DNA from: Blastocladiella emersonii ATCC 22665
Lineage: Eukaryota; Fungi; Blastocladiomycota
Length of the DNA stretch: 64,000 nucleotides
Assembly: GCA_025594325.1 (NCBI GenBank)
Contig: JANHCV010000008.1
Location: 496,001-560,000, forward strand
Direction of reading: 5' to 3'
Shown piece after piece: positions 1 through 11,004 of this stretch. The notes under the pieces were generated by a model. The model did no database searches, was not told the DNA's origin, and saw only the letters and a program-made list of their open reading frames with translations. How positions within the stretch are numbered: position 1 is the first letter of the stretch; each line of letters starts with the position of its first letter. Position numbers and translations under genes: made by a program.

Positions 1-201
1 GAGGTAGTCGACCGACTCGCGCGTCACGCCCACGCGCGCGAGGTCGGAGAGGAGGACGGATTCCGGCAGAGCGGGGGGAAGGTGGCGGACGACCACCTTG
101 AGCCGGTCCGGCGGCGGCGTCAGCGTCGCGGGCGTGCCCGACCGCGTGCGCGGCGGCGTCGGCGCAGAGTCGCTCGGCAGGTCGGGCGATGATTGATTCA
201 T
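1..201 (-). CDS. UPF3: 5' end of nonsense-mediated decay factor UPF3-like gene (runs off window start)
   Basis: My minus-strand translation from ATG at 201 gives MNQSSPDLPSDSAPTPPRTRSGTPATLTPPPDRLKVVVRHLPPALPESVLLSDLARVGVTRESVDYL. The LKVVVRxLPP.L.E motif is the start of the Smg4/UPF3 RRM. Only 67 codons are visible and it is not in the ORF track. Confidence 0.65.
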   Translation of the reverse strand, partial: MNQSSPDLPSDSAPTPPRTRSGTPATLTPPPDRLKVVVRHLPPALPESVLLSDLARVGVTRESVDYL

Positions 202-641
202 GGTTGCTGCGTGTGGCGCTCGAGAGAGAGAAGAAACGAGCGAACGAACGAGCGAACGAGAGAAACGCGAAGTTCAGCAAACCGGTCACGCGGGCGACCT
301 GCCACGGCTCGCGGCGCCGGCTGACCGCGTCGCGGGACGCGTATTTTTTCACCCGCCGAATCCGATCGGCCCGGATATCATCCCCCACCCCCGATGTCTC
401 CGTGCCACCAAGCGCAATTACGATGCAACATGGACCGGTGCTGCTCCCCTGTGCGACCGCCTTTCCCTGCTCGCCGCAGGTGTCCCCCACCGCGAGCGAA
501 CCGGATCGCAGCAGGAGCAGGAGTGAATATCTGAGCGGTTGAGCGGATCCAGCGGCCGGTTCTCCCCCCTCTCATAATCACCTCCAGTATCATCATCATC
601 GCCACACTCGGAAAAACTACGGATCAAGCACTTCGTCGAGA

Positions 642-1844
642 ATGAGCCACCCGGACTCCCACCACGCCGCCATGGCGGCCACGGGGACGTGCATCTGCAA
701 GCTGTGCGACTGCGGCAAGCACCGGTGCGGTCGGCCCGCGCTGCCGACGGTCGGCATGCCCATGGACTCGGCGACCGAGTACAAGGACCGGTTCCCGGCA
801 CACCCGCTGCAGTACGCGGGCAAGAAGAAGCCGCCGCCGCACGTGGCCGGGTCGCACGCGCCCATGAGCAGCATGACCGAGAACCGCGAGCAGTTCACGC
901 CCAAGGCGGTCCCCGAGCGCTTCAAGCCCGCCAAGCGCGAGTACCACCCGAACCTGGCCGCGCTCGAGGCCACCACGGGGTACATGGCCGACTACCAGCG
1001 GTGGAAGGACGCGCCGCCGCGCGAGTCGTCCAAGAAGCCCGAGGTGTACCGGCCGTCGGGCGCCTTCGACGGCATCACCACCAACAAGGCCGACTACCAG
1101 CCGTGGGCCGTCGCCCAGCGGTACCGCCACCCGAAGCAGGTGTATCACGCGAACCCGGCCAAGCTCGAGGCCGACAGCTCGTATAAGGCCGACTTCGCGC
1201 CGTTCCAGGTCAAGCGGCCGCCGCCGCGGCCCGCCGAGGTCTTCGTCCCGGCGCCCGAGGACCGCGAGTTCCGCACCACCATGAACCAGTCGTTTGTCGG
1301 GTTCACGGGCCCGCGCCCGCACCGCCGCGTCCAGGCGTACGTCCCGCCGGGCACCACCTTCGAGGGCATCTCGACCTCGCAGGCCGACTACATCCCGCGC
1401 CCGCTCGAGCCGCGCAAGTCGTGCAAGCCCGCGCCCTCGGTCCCGCCCGAGCTCCCCTTCGACGGCCGCACCGAGTACGGCGCCGTGTTCACCCCGAAAT
1501 CCAGCGTCCCGCCGAAACGCGTCCCGCTCGCCTACGTCCCGCCCAACACCGTCTTCGAGGGCATCAGCACCATGAAGGCCGACTACGGGTCGACAGCTGG
1601 TGCCGAGGGCCGCCGCGCCGACTTCGGCCCGCACCCCGTCTACCGCCCCGAACCCGACGACCGCAGCTGGGTCACCGAGACCCGCGACCAGCACGGCGTC
1701 AAGGACGTGCCCACGTGCCGCGCCGTCTGCGCGAAACGTGCCCTCGGCGGCAGCAAGACCGAGCTCCACCGCGAGCGCGACGGGCATATCTACATCTCGG
1801 CCGTCGCCCCGCCGCAGCAGGTCAAGCCCGGCCAGCGCATCTGA
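642..1844 (+). CDS. SAXO/FAM154-like (STOP-repeat) axonemal microtubule inner protein
   Basis: 400-aa ORF with an N-terminal CICKLCDCGKHRC motif and repeated S/T-T-x-x-x-D-Y/F-x-x-W/P modules (ATEYKDRF, TTNKADYQPW, ISTSQADYIP, ISTMKADYG), which are typical of SAXO proteins. Strong GC3 codon bias. Confidence 0.8.
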   Translation: MSHPDSHHAAMAATGTCICKLCDCGKHRCGRPALPTVGMPMDSATEYKDRFPAHPLQYAGKKKPPPHVAGSHAPMSSMTENREQFTPKAVPERFKPAKREYHPNLAALEATTGYMADYQRWKDAPPRESSKKPEVYRPSGAFDGITTNKADYQPWAVAQRYRHPKQVYHANPAKLEADSSYKADFAPFQVKRPPPRPAEVFVPAPEDREFRTTMNQSFVGFTGPRPHRRVQAYVPPGTTFEGISTSQADYIPRPLEPRKSCKPAPSVPPELPFDGRTEYGAVFTPKSSVPPKRVPLAYVPPNTVFEGISTMKADYGSTAGAEGRRADFGPHPVYRPEPDDRSWVTETRDQHGVKDVPTCRAVCAKRALGGSKTELHRERDGHIYISAVAPPQQVKPGQRI

Positions 1845-1984
1845 GTGGGTGAGTGAGTGAGTTGTATCGTGTATTGGCGTGATCTTGTACAGTTTGTGAT
1901 GTATCGGTAAGTTGTATTCGCAATGACTGAGATGAGCGACGCGTCGACGGCGGAGCACTTGCCCTCCCACGTCGCCGCAGCACC

Positions 1985-3927
1985 ATGATAGAAGCCAATG
2001 GATTCACACCGCAACTTGCTGCATCGCGGCCCGCGGGCAAGACGCATGAACTTTCTGCAACTGACAGTGTGAATGGAGACGCGACCAAAGTCCTCCTCGC
2101 GCTGCTCGGCTCGCGCATCGCCTACATCCGCCTGGGCCTCTCGCACCGACCCTGCAACGCGCCTTCTCGTCTAAGCCTGGCACACCGACACCCGGTCGCC
2201 GGTGTTGGAGAACTAAAAATCCAGCTACAGTCGGCGGCGCGGACCCCCCACGGCTTCTTCGGATCGAGGTCAACGGCCCGGTCGGGAAGACCGTTGCCGG
2301 CCGGAACACGGAACGCAAGTTTTGTCATCGAACTCATCTCGATCTGCATACACACAACTTGCTTCGCCGCACTCATCTCGATCTGCATCGCCGTCGCAAA
2401 CACGTTCTCCCTCGCGTTCTCGTACTTTGCCGCATCAACGGCCCGAATCCCGCTCTCGGTCCAGCGATTCCACCCGTCAATCGCGCGGGTCTCGGTCGCC
2501 ATCTCGTTCGCGATCACGGTCAACCAGCGTGCGATGCAGTCTGGAACCGTGAACCTGCTCGCCTGTACCCTGCCCGGCCGATAATGGTATGAACCCAACT
2601 TCGCCAGCTTCTCAAGCTACACAAGTTTCTCGAACTTCTAAATCTTCTCACTCTTCGCCAGCAGTTCAAGATTCTCAAGCTACTTCATCTTCTCCAGCCT
2701 CTCCAGCTTCGCTTTCCTCACTTGCGTCCAGCTTCTCGCACCAAATCGCCGGCGTGGACTTCGCCCGCAGGCCTAGCCCAATTCCGCGTCCTGCTCGACC
2801 AGATCATGGAGCAGGCCGGCCCAGGCACCCTTGCCCAGCTTGCTCTCCTCTGCCGTGCTGACATGCCGCAGCACGTCTTCCACGCGCTCGCCTTCGTTTT
2901 GGACACTAACACGCCCGACGCCGCCGCGCGGGACGCGATCGCCGAGACACTTGACCCGCGAGTCGCGAAATGGCTCGAGCTCACGCGCGGGGAATCCCAG
3001 TCGGCCCCGACCTTCGCGAAGCGGTTCCGCAAGTTTCTCGCTCGCGAGTCTTCCGCGGCCCCGTTCGCCACGCAGCCCGCGCTGCGGTTCGCGTTCATCG
3101 ACAAGGCCCTGGCTAGCGTTGCTGTGAGTGGGCCGGCGCGCGACCGGCTGTACCCCGGTGCACTGCGGTGGACCTCGCTCAACAAGCTCGCGGAGCTCGT
3201 GTGCTGCGCGATCCATGCGCAGCAGCAGCTCGAGAGGGAAATTGGATTGGTCGCGCCGTTCGTCGCGTCGGTGCCGGCGGGTTTGGAGGCACCGGGTCCG
3301 CTTGCTTTGACCGCGCCGAGCGCGTCCGCTGACCACAATGGCGCGAGGCCGTACAGGCAGAGAGCCAGTGCGCTCTCTCGGCTCACCGCGCCTCCAACAC
3401 CGGCTGCCCTGGTCCTTGACGAAGACATCTCCACTGCATCCTCTCCTTCGGCTGCTCTCACTGGTCGCCCACAGTTGATTGACTTAGCTGCCGATCGCAC
3501 ACGCGCTGGTTCGTCCGAGCTCGCTCCACCGAAACCCATGGAGAGCACCCCCATGCTCCCAGCGTGCACCTTCTGCCATCACCTCACCGCCCCCCCGCCC
3601 GCGCTCGCGCTCGACTCGCCGCCGCCAGCACACACGCTCGCGACATGTCCGCGGTCCCGCAACTCGCCCGCGATCGCGGCCGCTATCAGCCTCGCGCTTT
3701 GCACGGCAGGACTCTGGCCGGGTCCTTGCGTCTATACGGACGGCGAGGTCGTGGCGCGGATCCGCGTGCTGGTCGAGCAGTTTCGTGCAGGGGAGCAGGG
3801 TAGTGGGTCCACTGCCGCGGCGGCGGTTGCGGTAGGAGTCGCGAACCTCATTGCGTGCCTCGAGCTCGAGCGGGAGGACCGGTGGAGTGTTTGGTGCGCT
3901 GTGGGTCGCGCGATAAGGGATGGGTAG
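1985..3927 (+). pseudogene. RS/Gag-like family copy 1 (disrupted)
   Basis: All family domains are present but split: frameshift before ~2322, in-frame TGA at 2550-2552, and an apparent 5-nt deletion at ~2758 (GTGGACT|TCGCCC where paralogs read V-D/N-L-E-S-P). Confidence 0.8.
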
Positions 3928-4386
3928 AATGGATGGGATTGGGGGTTGTACGTGACCTGGGAGGTGATGGCTGCGGCGTGGGCTGAGGGACGCGATGGTC
4001 GTGGCCAGGTGACGCGCGCGAGCATGTTGTTGTTGCGCGTTCGATCGGCCGCGGTAGGCTTTCGCTTCACGTGCGCGTTTGATTCATGAGCATCAGTGGA
4101 GACGGAATCGTGTGGTCATCCGAGGGGAGCCGTTGCCCTGATCAAGCTCGTTGATGTACAGGTGGCAGGCGCCGCAACCGCAAAGAGCAGGTGGAGGCGA
4201 CCGAGGTCCGGCGGCGAGCACAGCTTGGTATCGTCGAGAAAGATGCACCTGCTGCTGCCCTGCATCACGCCGAGTAGCACGCCGTCAAACGGGCGGTGCG
4301 TCTCGCAACAAACGCGTCTCCCGCGCCACCGTTGGGATGAGCGTCGCGTCCTTCCGACTCTGTCCTCCCACGCCACACAAACCACC

Positions 4387-6585
4387 ATGATAGAAACGAA
4401 TGAAAATCACTTGCAACTTGCTGCATCGTGCTCTGTGACTACTGTGGGTGACGTTGTCAACGCGACGGGTGACGCATCGCACGAGCGGCCGGCTCCTTCG
4501 AGGTTTGCCCTGCTTGACTCGCGCATTCAGACCATCCGACTGGGTCTCTCGCACCGACTTGGCGTTGCTCCGACCTTGGGCAACCCGACGCAGCTACCCC
4601 CGACGCAGCTACCCCCGACGCAGCTACCCCCGACGCAGCTACCCCCGGCGAATGTAGCGATGGAGCTAGAAAGCGAGATGGCGGTGTTCCTGGCCGCGGC
4701 GCAACTTGCAGCGAACTTTGCCAACGCCGGCGCTGTGGGAACCACGCCTGTCGAGCACCATCTCTACACGGAAAATCCCTCTACTTCGGACTTTATTCAC
4801 AGCTCCCGATCAAACTCACCTTTCGAAGCCGATAATCGCTCTTGGATACCCTCGCGCTCTCGTTCTCGCTCACGCTCACGATCTCGTTCTCGGTATTGGA
4901 CTCGCCGGTCTCCCGAGTTTTGGTCGCCTTCCCGCTCGCCGTCACGCTCGCCTTCTGACATACCGTGGCGGTCCAAGTCCCGTTCAAACTCGCGTTCTCG
5001 CTCCGGTCCTTGGATGCACCAGGCGCGCGAGTATCAGTCCCGCTCTCGCTCTCGGTCACGCCCACCCTGCGAAATGAATTGGCCAGCCAGGTCCCGCTCG
5101 CGTTCGCGTTCTCGGCCCCGACTTCGCCCGTCTCCACCTCCAACGGTTCAGCCGCGGTCGCGATCTCGCTCAACCAGTGCTCGGCGCAGTGCCAGACCAG
5201 AGCCCCGCTTATCTTCTCGAGGCTCGCATGCGCTGCTCTCAAACGAGGACCCGACATCGTACACCCCGCTTACTTCGATTGTTGACGGCTTCTCGTCTCA
5301 AATCTCCGACGTGAACCTGGAGTCACCAGCTGGACTTACCCGTTTTCGCACCTTGCTTGACCACGCCCTTGAAGCAGCTGGGCCGGGCAACCTCGCGCGC
5401 GCCGCGCTCCTCTGTCGCCGCGACATGTCGCAGCGCGCGTTCCACGCGCTCGCCTTCGTCTTGGACGACGAAATGTCCGACTCGACCGCTTGGCACGCCA
5501 TCGTCGAGGCGCTCGACCCAGCGCGCCGAACCGCGCGAGTCACAGAGTGGCTCGACCTTGCTCGCAGGGCAGATGAAACGGCGCAATGCTTCATGCGTCG
5601 ATTCAACAAGTTTCTCAGCCGCGAGTCGGCCGCGGCCCGCTTTGCGACTCGGCATGCGCTACGGTTTGCTTTCGTTGACAAGGCGCTGGCCTGGAAGGTT
5701 GTCGATCGTCGCGAGCGGCTCCAGCTCTATGACCTCGCCTTTCGGCGGACCTCGCTCAACACGCTGTCCGCGGCAGTCCACGAAGTGGTCAATCGTCAAC
5801 AGTCGAATGCGAGCGCCCGCATACGCGATGTGTCGCTGTCTCCGACCCCGCTTGGACGTGGCTCGAGTGCTTCGACAGCGAACAAGCTGGCCGCCGTTAC
5901 ATCGGCCACTAAGGTCGAAGTGGCGTCGACTGGACTGGCTGAGCCTTTGCCAACCGCTTCAACCGGAATCAAACCGGTCGCTCCAACATTACTTGCTCCA
6001 ACGACGCGGGTTCCGATCAAACCAGTCAAGTCTTCCTCTTTAGCTTCATCGGAACCGGACTTGGAAAAATTGACTGCTATTGGAGCACTAAAATCAAAGG
6101 AGCCTGATCATCCTCGCACCGCTCCCGCGTCGGTCAACGATTGCACCCTCGCTGGCTCCAAGGTCACAAAACCACGTACTTATTCCGCCCCCTCGCCTCC
6201 ATCAACGACTTGGAAAAAAATTGAGTGGTCGAACCCGGCTCCAGCTCCCCCGCCCGTGTGTGCCTTTTGCAATCACCTCGGCTTCCCCGTCTTGTTGCCG
6301 CCGCACACGGTTACTTCATGCGAGCTGGCCCGCGACACGCGCCCGATCGTGGAAACGATTAGCGCCGCGATCTCTGCGGCGCAACTCGACGTCAAAATCA
6401 ACGCCGTGACGGACAGTGAGATCGTCGCGCGGATCCAGTTACTCGTCAAGCAGCTCCGCGCGAGCGACTTGCGCACAAGAGCGGCGGCCGCGGTCTCGTA
6501 CCTCGAGGCGTGCTTGGTGCTGGACTGGCCGGAGCGGGGAAAGGTGTGGTGCGAGGTGTACACGGCGGTGATGGCTTGGGAGTAG
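4387..6585 (+). CDS. RS/Gag-like family copy 2 (intact, ~732 aa)
   Basis: ACCATG at 4387 is in frame with ORF 4096..6585. Contains IRLGLSHRL, an RS tract, the core GPGNLARAALLCRR...EWLDLARRADETAQCFMRRF, CAFC-x11-H-x4-C, and the YLEACLVLD...W tail. Confidence 0.85.
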   Translation: MIETNENHLQLAASCSVTTVGDVVNATGDASHERPAPSRFALLDSRIQTIRLGLSHRLGVAPTLGNPTQLPPTQLPPTQLPPTQLPPANVAMELESEMAVFLAAAQLAANFANAGAVGTTPVEHHLYTENPSTSDFIHSSRSNSPFEADNRSWIPSRSRSRSRSRSRSRYWTRRSPEFWSPSRSPSRSPSDIPWRSKSRSNSRSRSGPWMHQAREYQSRSRSRSRPPCEMNWPARSRSRSRSRPRLRPSPPPTVQPRSRSRSTSARRSARPEPRLSSRGSHALLSNEDPTSYTPLTSIVDGFSSQISDVNLESPAGLTRFRTLLDHALEAAGPGNLARAALLCRRDMSQRAFHALAFVLDDEMSDSTAWHAIVEALDPARRTARVTEWLDLARRADETAQCFMRRFNKFLSRESAAARFATRHALRFAFVDKALAWKVVDRRERLQLYDLAFRRTSLNTLSAAVHEVVNRQQSNASARIRDVSLSPTPLGRGSSASTANKLAAVTSATKVEVASTGLAEPLPTASTGIKPVAPTLLAPTTRVPIKPVKSSSLASSEPDLEKLTAIGALKSKEPDHPRTAPASVNDCTLAGSKVTKPRTYSAPSPPSTTWKKIEWSNPAPAPPPVCAFCNHLGFPVLLPPHTVTSCELARDTRPIVETISAAISAAQLDVKINAVTDSEIVARIQLLVKQLRASDLRTRAAAAVSYLEACLVLDWPERGKVWCEVYTAVMAWE
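4585..4644 (+). repeat. 15-bp tandem repeat x4 (CCGACGCAGCTACCC) encoding PTQLP
   Basis: Four exact units read directly; absent from the close paralog copy 6. Confidence 0.95.
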
Positions 6586-6749
6586 GGTAAGACTCATCAT
6601 GTAATGGACTTTCGATGTTGGGAGTGGCGATACCCTTGGTAGCGAGGTCGCGCCGGTCATAGCGGGCTGACCAGCGTGATCACGAAACGGATGCACTCCC
6701 TGCTCAACATGATCACGAAACGGAGACCCTCCCTGCTCCACGCCGTACC

Positions 6750-8494
6750 ATGATAGAAACCGATGAAAGACGATCACCACTTGCTGCAATGAGCTCGAAA
6801 ATACCTGCTGATGATGCACCCAGCGTAAATGGAGGAAACGAGCTGACCGCAATGTTGCTCCGCCTCTGCAACGAACGCCTGCAGCAGATCCGGCTCGGTC
6901 TCTCGCACCGACTTTCCAGCGCACCGTGGCTCTCGAACCGACTTTCCAACGCACCATGGAGTGTATCTTACGGGCCAGCTAGTGCTACGATTGGCGACCT
7001 TGGGGATCTGGCTGTCGCCCCCGCGATCGCATTGGGCTGCGTGGGAACGGCGGGCGAGGACGAACCACGCTTCGCGCCTGTGACCGACCAAGCACACTTC
7101 CGCCTCGAACTTCACCTTCAATCTCGACATACCTCTCAACCGACTCAGGAAATCGTGCAAAAGCCTCGTTTGACGAATTCGAAGCAACACCAATCTCTCT
7201 CTCTCTCAGCCCGCGGCCTGGGACAGTTCCAGGTCGAGGTCTCGCACTCATTTGCACTCTCAAGCTTGCGCTCGAACTTCCTCGCGTAATCGTTCACGTT
7301 CGCGTACTCGTTCTTGGTCCCGCAGTTCTTTGTGGTCCCGGCCGGAAACTCGCTCCAGCACTCGGTCTCCTCCGCGGTCTCCAGCTCCCGAGTCGCGTCG
7401 AACTCAGTTATCACCGGCTCCTAAACCCGGTGCGTCCTCGCGGACCGGCTTCCACAACAGTGGACATTCTCGAGACCTCAGCCCAGCTGCGCCTAGTCGC
7501 CCGACCGCTTCCTTGCCTGCACCCGCGGCGCAACAGCGACAGGGCAAGGCCAAAACGTACGACCCATCGTACCAGTTCTGCGCCCAGATCCGGAAGATTT
7601 CCAGCAGATCGCGGGCGTAGACCTGGAGACCCCGACAGGTTACGTCCTCATGTGCACCCTTCTTGACGAGCTCTTCACCTGCGCCGGCCTGAGAAAGCTT
7701 GCGCACGCGGTGCTGTTTTGCCGCTTCTCGCTTTCGCGGCGCGTGTACCACGCGTTCTCAGCCGTCTTGAACAAGGACACGGCCGATGACGCCGCACGCC
7801 AAGCCGTTCTCTACGCTATCGATCCGGCGCGGCGCTCGCGCCACTTGAACGAGTGGATCGACCTGGCGCGGTTTGTGCACGAGTCGGTCGGTTCGAGCAG
7901 TGTCTTCGCCGCCTCGGGTTCACCGATTTCAACAAGCTAGATATTCCAATTCGGTTCTCATTCCTTGACAAGACTCTCACTGGCGTTCTTAACGGCGGAG
8001 CACTCAACAATCTACGGGGCGAGGTGGTGGACGGACCTATGTCGCTCGCCAGCCTCACCAACCTCGTGCACAGCCGCGTACCTGACCCTCCGGCTCCTTC
8101 TGCTGTCCAGCCCGCGCGTGCTACAACCGAAAATATCCCCATCCCCGCGTGCGCCTTCTGCCAGCGCCTTGAAGGCGTTCTTGGCAGGAGGGACGCTCCA
8201 CACTGCCTTGTGGACTGCGTGCGTTCGCGAATGTTGGACCCAATCGTGTCCGCCATTACGCGAGGGCTTCGCGTCGCGCGGATCAGACTTACTCCCGACG
8301 ATATCGACCCGCCGACAGACGACGAGCTCGAGGCGCGCGTCTCGTTTGTTCTCAAGCGACTCCGCGCTGTCAAGGAAAGTGATGGACCGCTGTCTGCCGC
8401 CATCGCGCTCCTCGAGGCGTGCCTTGTCTTGGACGGCAACGCGCTGCGGAGCGTTTGGAGCGGGGTTTGTGATGCGATGACCACCACCAGGTGA
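6750..8494 (+). pseudogene. RS/Gag-like family copy 3 (disrupted)
   Basis: Three frameshifts: near the TC run at ~7195, a 1-nt loss at ~7604 just before IAGVDLETP, and a deletion at ~7888 inside the MHR-like motif. The knuckle CAFC-x13-H-x4-C and the tail are intact. A 30-bp duplication at ~6900-6960 doubles SHRLSSAPW. Confidence 0.8.
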
Positions 8495-8746
8495 GCCAGA
8501 GAAGAGAGAGCGATAGGCTAGAATACCTTTTTGCCGCGCGCTTTTGTGGGGGATGCGTTGATCTGTTAGAGGCCAGGTTGAGTTAGAGGGCGCGTGAGCC
8601 ATATTTTTTAATAGACGTTCGATGGAGCGATGCGGAGCCGCGGTGGTGTGGGATGGGAGACAAGCCGCCGCGCTCAAGGTGGCGCAGCGGACTTGTGATC
8701 CTCGCCGGATGGCACACACTCGCCTCTCCCCGCCCACCCTCGCACC

Positions 8747-10609
8747 ATGCATGAAACGAATGAAAGACTCCCGCAACTTGATGCAACCCTTTCGGCGGAC
8801 CCAGAAATGCAGGCGACAGCCTCCGGCGAGCGGCGAGGCGAGGCTGCCCTCCGAGTCCAACTCTGCGATGCACGCTTGCGCCATATCACGCTGGGCCTCT
8901 CGCATCGGCTCTCTGGAGCCCCTTGGATGGGCTCCGCAGCTTTCTGGACCTCGGCTGCTCCGATCCATCCTCTTGAACAACGCATCAGCTTGCTGGGAGC
9001 TGTAACCTGTGCGGAAGCGGGCGAACCAGCAAGCTCCAATGCTCAAGCTTCTGCACCCCTAGAGTCTCCAGACGTGCTCGCCGCGGTGCAAACGCATTCG
9101 GGTGCTCCATCAACGCCACCTATGCAAACGCGAACGCCTTCTCGCTCGTCCTCGCGGTCTCGTTCACTTTCACGTTCCCGTTCTCGCTCACGTTCAAAGT
9201 CTCGCTCTCGCTCTCGCTCACGTTCGAAGACTCGCTCTTGCACTCGCTCACATTCCCGTTCTCGCTCACGTCGCCGCTTTCACTCTCGCTCTCGCTCGCG
9301 CCCGCGCAGTAAGCGTCATTCGACTCGGCACCGCTCTCGTCGATTTCGCTCGCGCTCCTCCTCGCGCTCATCGCGGGATCCTGGACCCAGGTCGCGCTCG
9401 CGTCGGCGCACCCGCCGCGACTCTCTATCGCATTCGCAGTCGAGATCACGCTCCCGCTCTGCCGGTTCGCGTCCCGGGTCTCGTTCGCAAACTCGCTCAA
9501 CTTCGCTGCCCCAACGGAGCAACGCATACGAGTCCGGCTCATCGTATCGAACTACGGTTCGTCACAAAAGCGCTCGACGGAGGCTCCGCTGCTTTGTTCG
9601 CAACGTTGCACACTATATCCGGCAGGTGGACCTCGAAACTCCTGATGGATTGCTCAAACTGCGCGACTTTTTTGACGAGCATATCTTGGCTCGAGTTGGG
9701 CCGGGCACGCTCGCGTCCGCCGCACTGCACTGCCGCCGATGCCTGCTTCCGCACGTGTATGCTGCGCTCGCCTTGGTCTTGGAGGAGAACATGGCTGATG
9801 AGGCGGCGTGGGAGGCCATCACTACCGTGCTTGATCCTGCACGCCGTCCCGAGCGGGTCACCGACTGGATCGCTCTCGTGCGGGCTCAATGCGAGTCAGT
9901 TGACGAGTTCACTGGACGCGTGAAACGGTTTCTTGAGCGTAACGCCTTGGATAAACTCTTCGACACGCGGCCCGCTCTTCGACTAGCGTTTCTGGATAAG
10001 GCGACGACGCTTGATATTGGAACCAAGGCGCTAGAACTGCTCCAAGACCGCGCACAAACGCCCGTCACGCTTGGCAAGTTGGCCACTTTTATCAAACACG
10101 CTGAGAGGCGGCCCCTTGGGCGTAACGAGCGCACGGTTGTCGAGGCCCCACCTGTGCGCCTTGCTCCGTTGGTACAAGCGCAAAATCATACTTTGCCGAT
10201 TCCGCACTCGGTGCCGCCTGCTGCAGCGCAGCAGCCACCAACACCACTGTCGACTTTGTCCTGTGCGTTCTGTCGGCGCCTCGTCGTCCCACTTGGCCGG
10301 CGTGCTCCGCAACACCGCCTCGCAGACTGCAATCGAGTCCGTTTCACGCCTCCACTCACTGCCGCGGTCGACCACGCGATACGGGTGACGCGGCTGAACA
10401 TCACTCAAGCTGACCTGGACGCGGCGACGGACGAGGAGCTCACCGCTCGCATCACCTCGCTCGCCGATCGCCTTCGCGCGTTACAAGAGACCAACGACGC
10501 GGTCCCGCCTGGGGTTGGGTACCTGGACGCATGCCTTGTGCTTGATGCCCAGGAAAAGCGGAGGATCTGGAGCGCGGTCTGCGAGACCATTCAGACCAGG
10601 AAGCTGTAA
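8747..10609 (+). CDS. RS/Gag-like family copy 4 (intact, 620 aa)
   Basis: Uninterrupted ORF with all five family modules and a long RS tract. Confidence 0.85.
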   Translation: MHETNERLPQLDATLSADPEMQATASGERRGEAALRVQLCDARLRHITLGLSHRLSGAPWMGSAAFWTSAAPIHPLEQRISLLGAVTCAEAGEPASSNAQASAPLESPDVLAAVQTHSGAPSTPPMQTRTPSRSSSRSRSLSRSRSRSRSKSRSRSRSRSKTRSCTRSHSRSRSRRRFHSRSRSRPRSKRHSTRHRSRRFRSRSSSRSSRDPGPRSRSRRRTRRDSLSHSQSRSRSRSAGSRPGSRSQTRSTSLPQRSNAYESGSSYRTTVRHKSARRRLRCFVRNVAHYIRQVDLETPDGLLKLRDFFDEHILARVGPGTLASAALHCRRCLLPHVYAALALVLEENMADEAAWEAITTVLDPARRPERVTDWIALVRAQCESVDEFTGRVKRFLERNALDKLFDTRPALRLAFLDKATTLDIGTKALELLQDRAQTPVTLGKLATFIKHAERRPLGRNERTVVEAPPVRLAPLVQAQNHTLPIPHSVPPAAAQQPPTPLSTLSCAFCRRLVVPLGRRAPQHRLADCNRVRFTPPLTAAVDHAIRVTRLNITQADLDAATDEELTARITSLADRLRALQETNDAVPPGVGYLDACLVLDAQEKRRIWSAVCETIQTRKL

Positions 10610-11004
10610 TAATATATTGAGTTTTTTTGTCGATACCGAGCTTGAACGAAAACATGCCGAGCCGTTGCTCGATCGCGAAGATAACTGGGACTTAAAGCTT
10701 ATTAGGAAGTAGCGGGCAGGTTCGAGCGGCTGCAAGGACCTGGATCCAGTGTTGATATGCGCCAACAACTACGTGAACAGCCTCAGTGCACTCAAGGTAG
10801 CGCTACTCGTAGTACGTGTTGGGTATTGACCGGCCACGGATGAGATCGAGTCCGAAGAATACGCGACGCGTTGGCTATGCGCAGGTGATCGCCAGCTGCC
10901 CGACAGGCGTGACGTGCCCAGCTTGGTGTGGCGCACAGCTCAACCGCTTCCGCGCTCCCTCCGCCACACATGAATCGAATGGATAACTGCCGTAACTTAA
11001 TGCA

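Noticed and set aside
4096-4386. N-terminal extensions of ORFs 4096, 13060, 21956, 46121 and 60623
   Set aside because: Homology among paralogs begins at the later ACCATG; the extensions are promoter sequence or start at non-ATG codons.
4585-4644. CRISPR-like or regulatory repeat array
   Set aside because: There are no spacers; it is an in-frame coding minisatellite in eukaryotic DNA.
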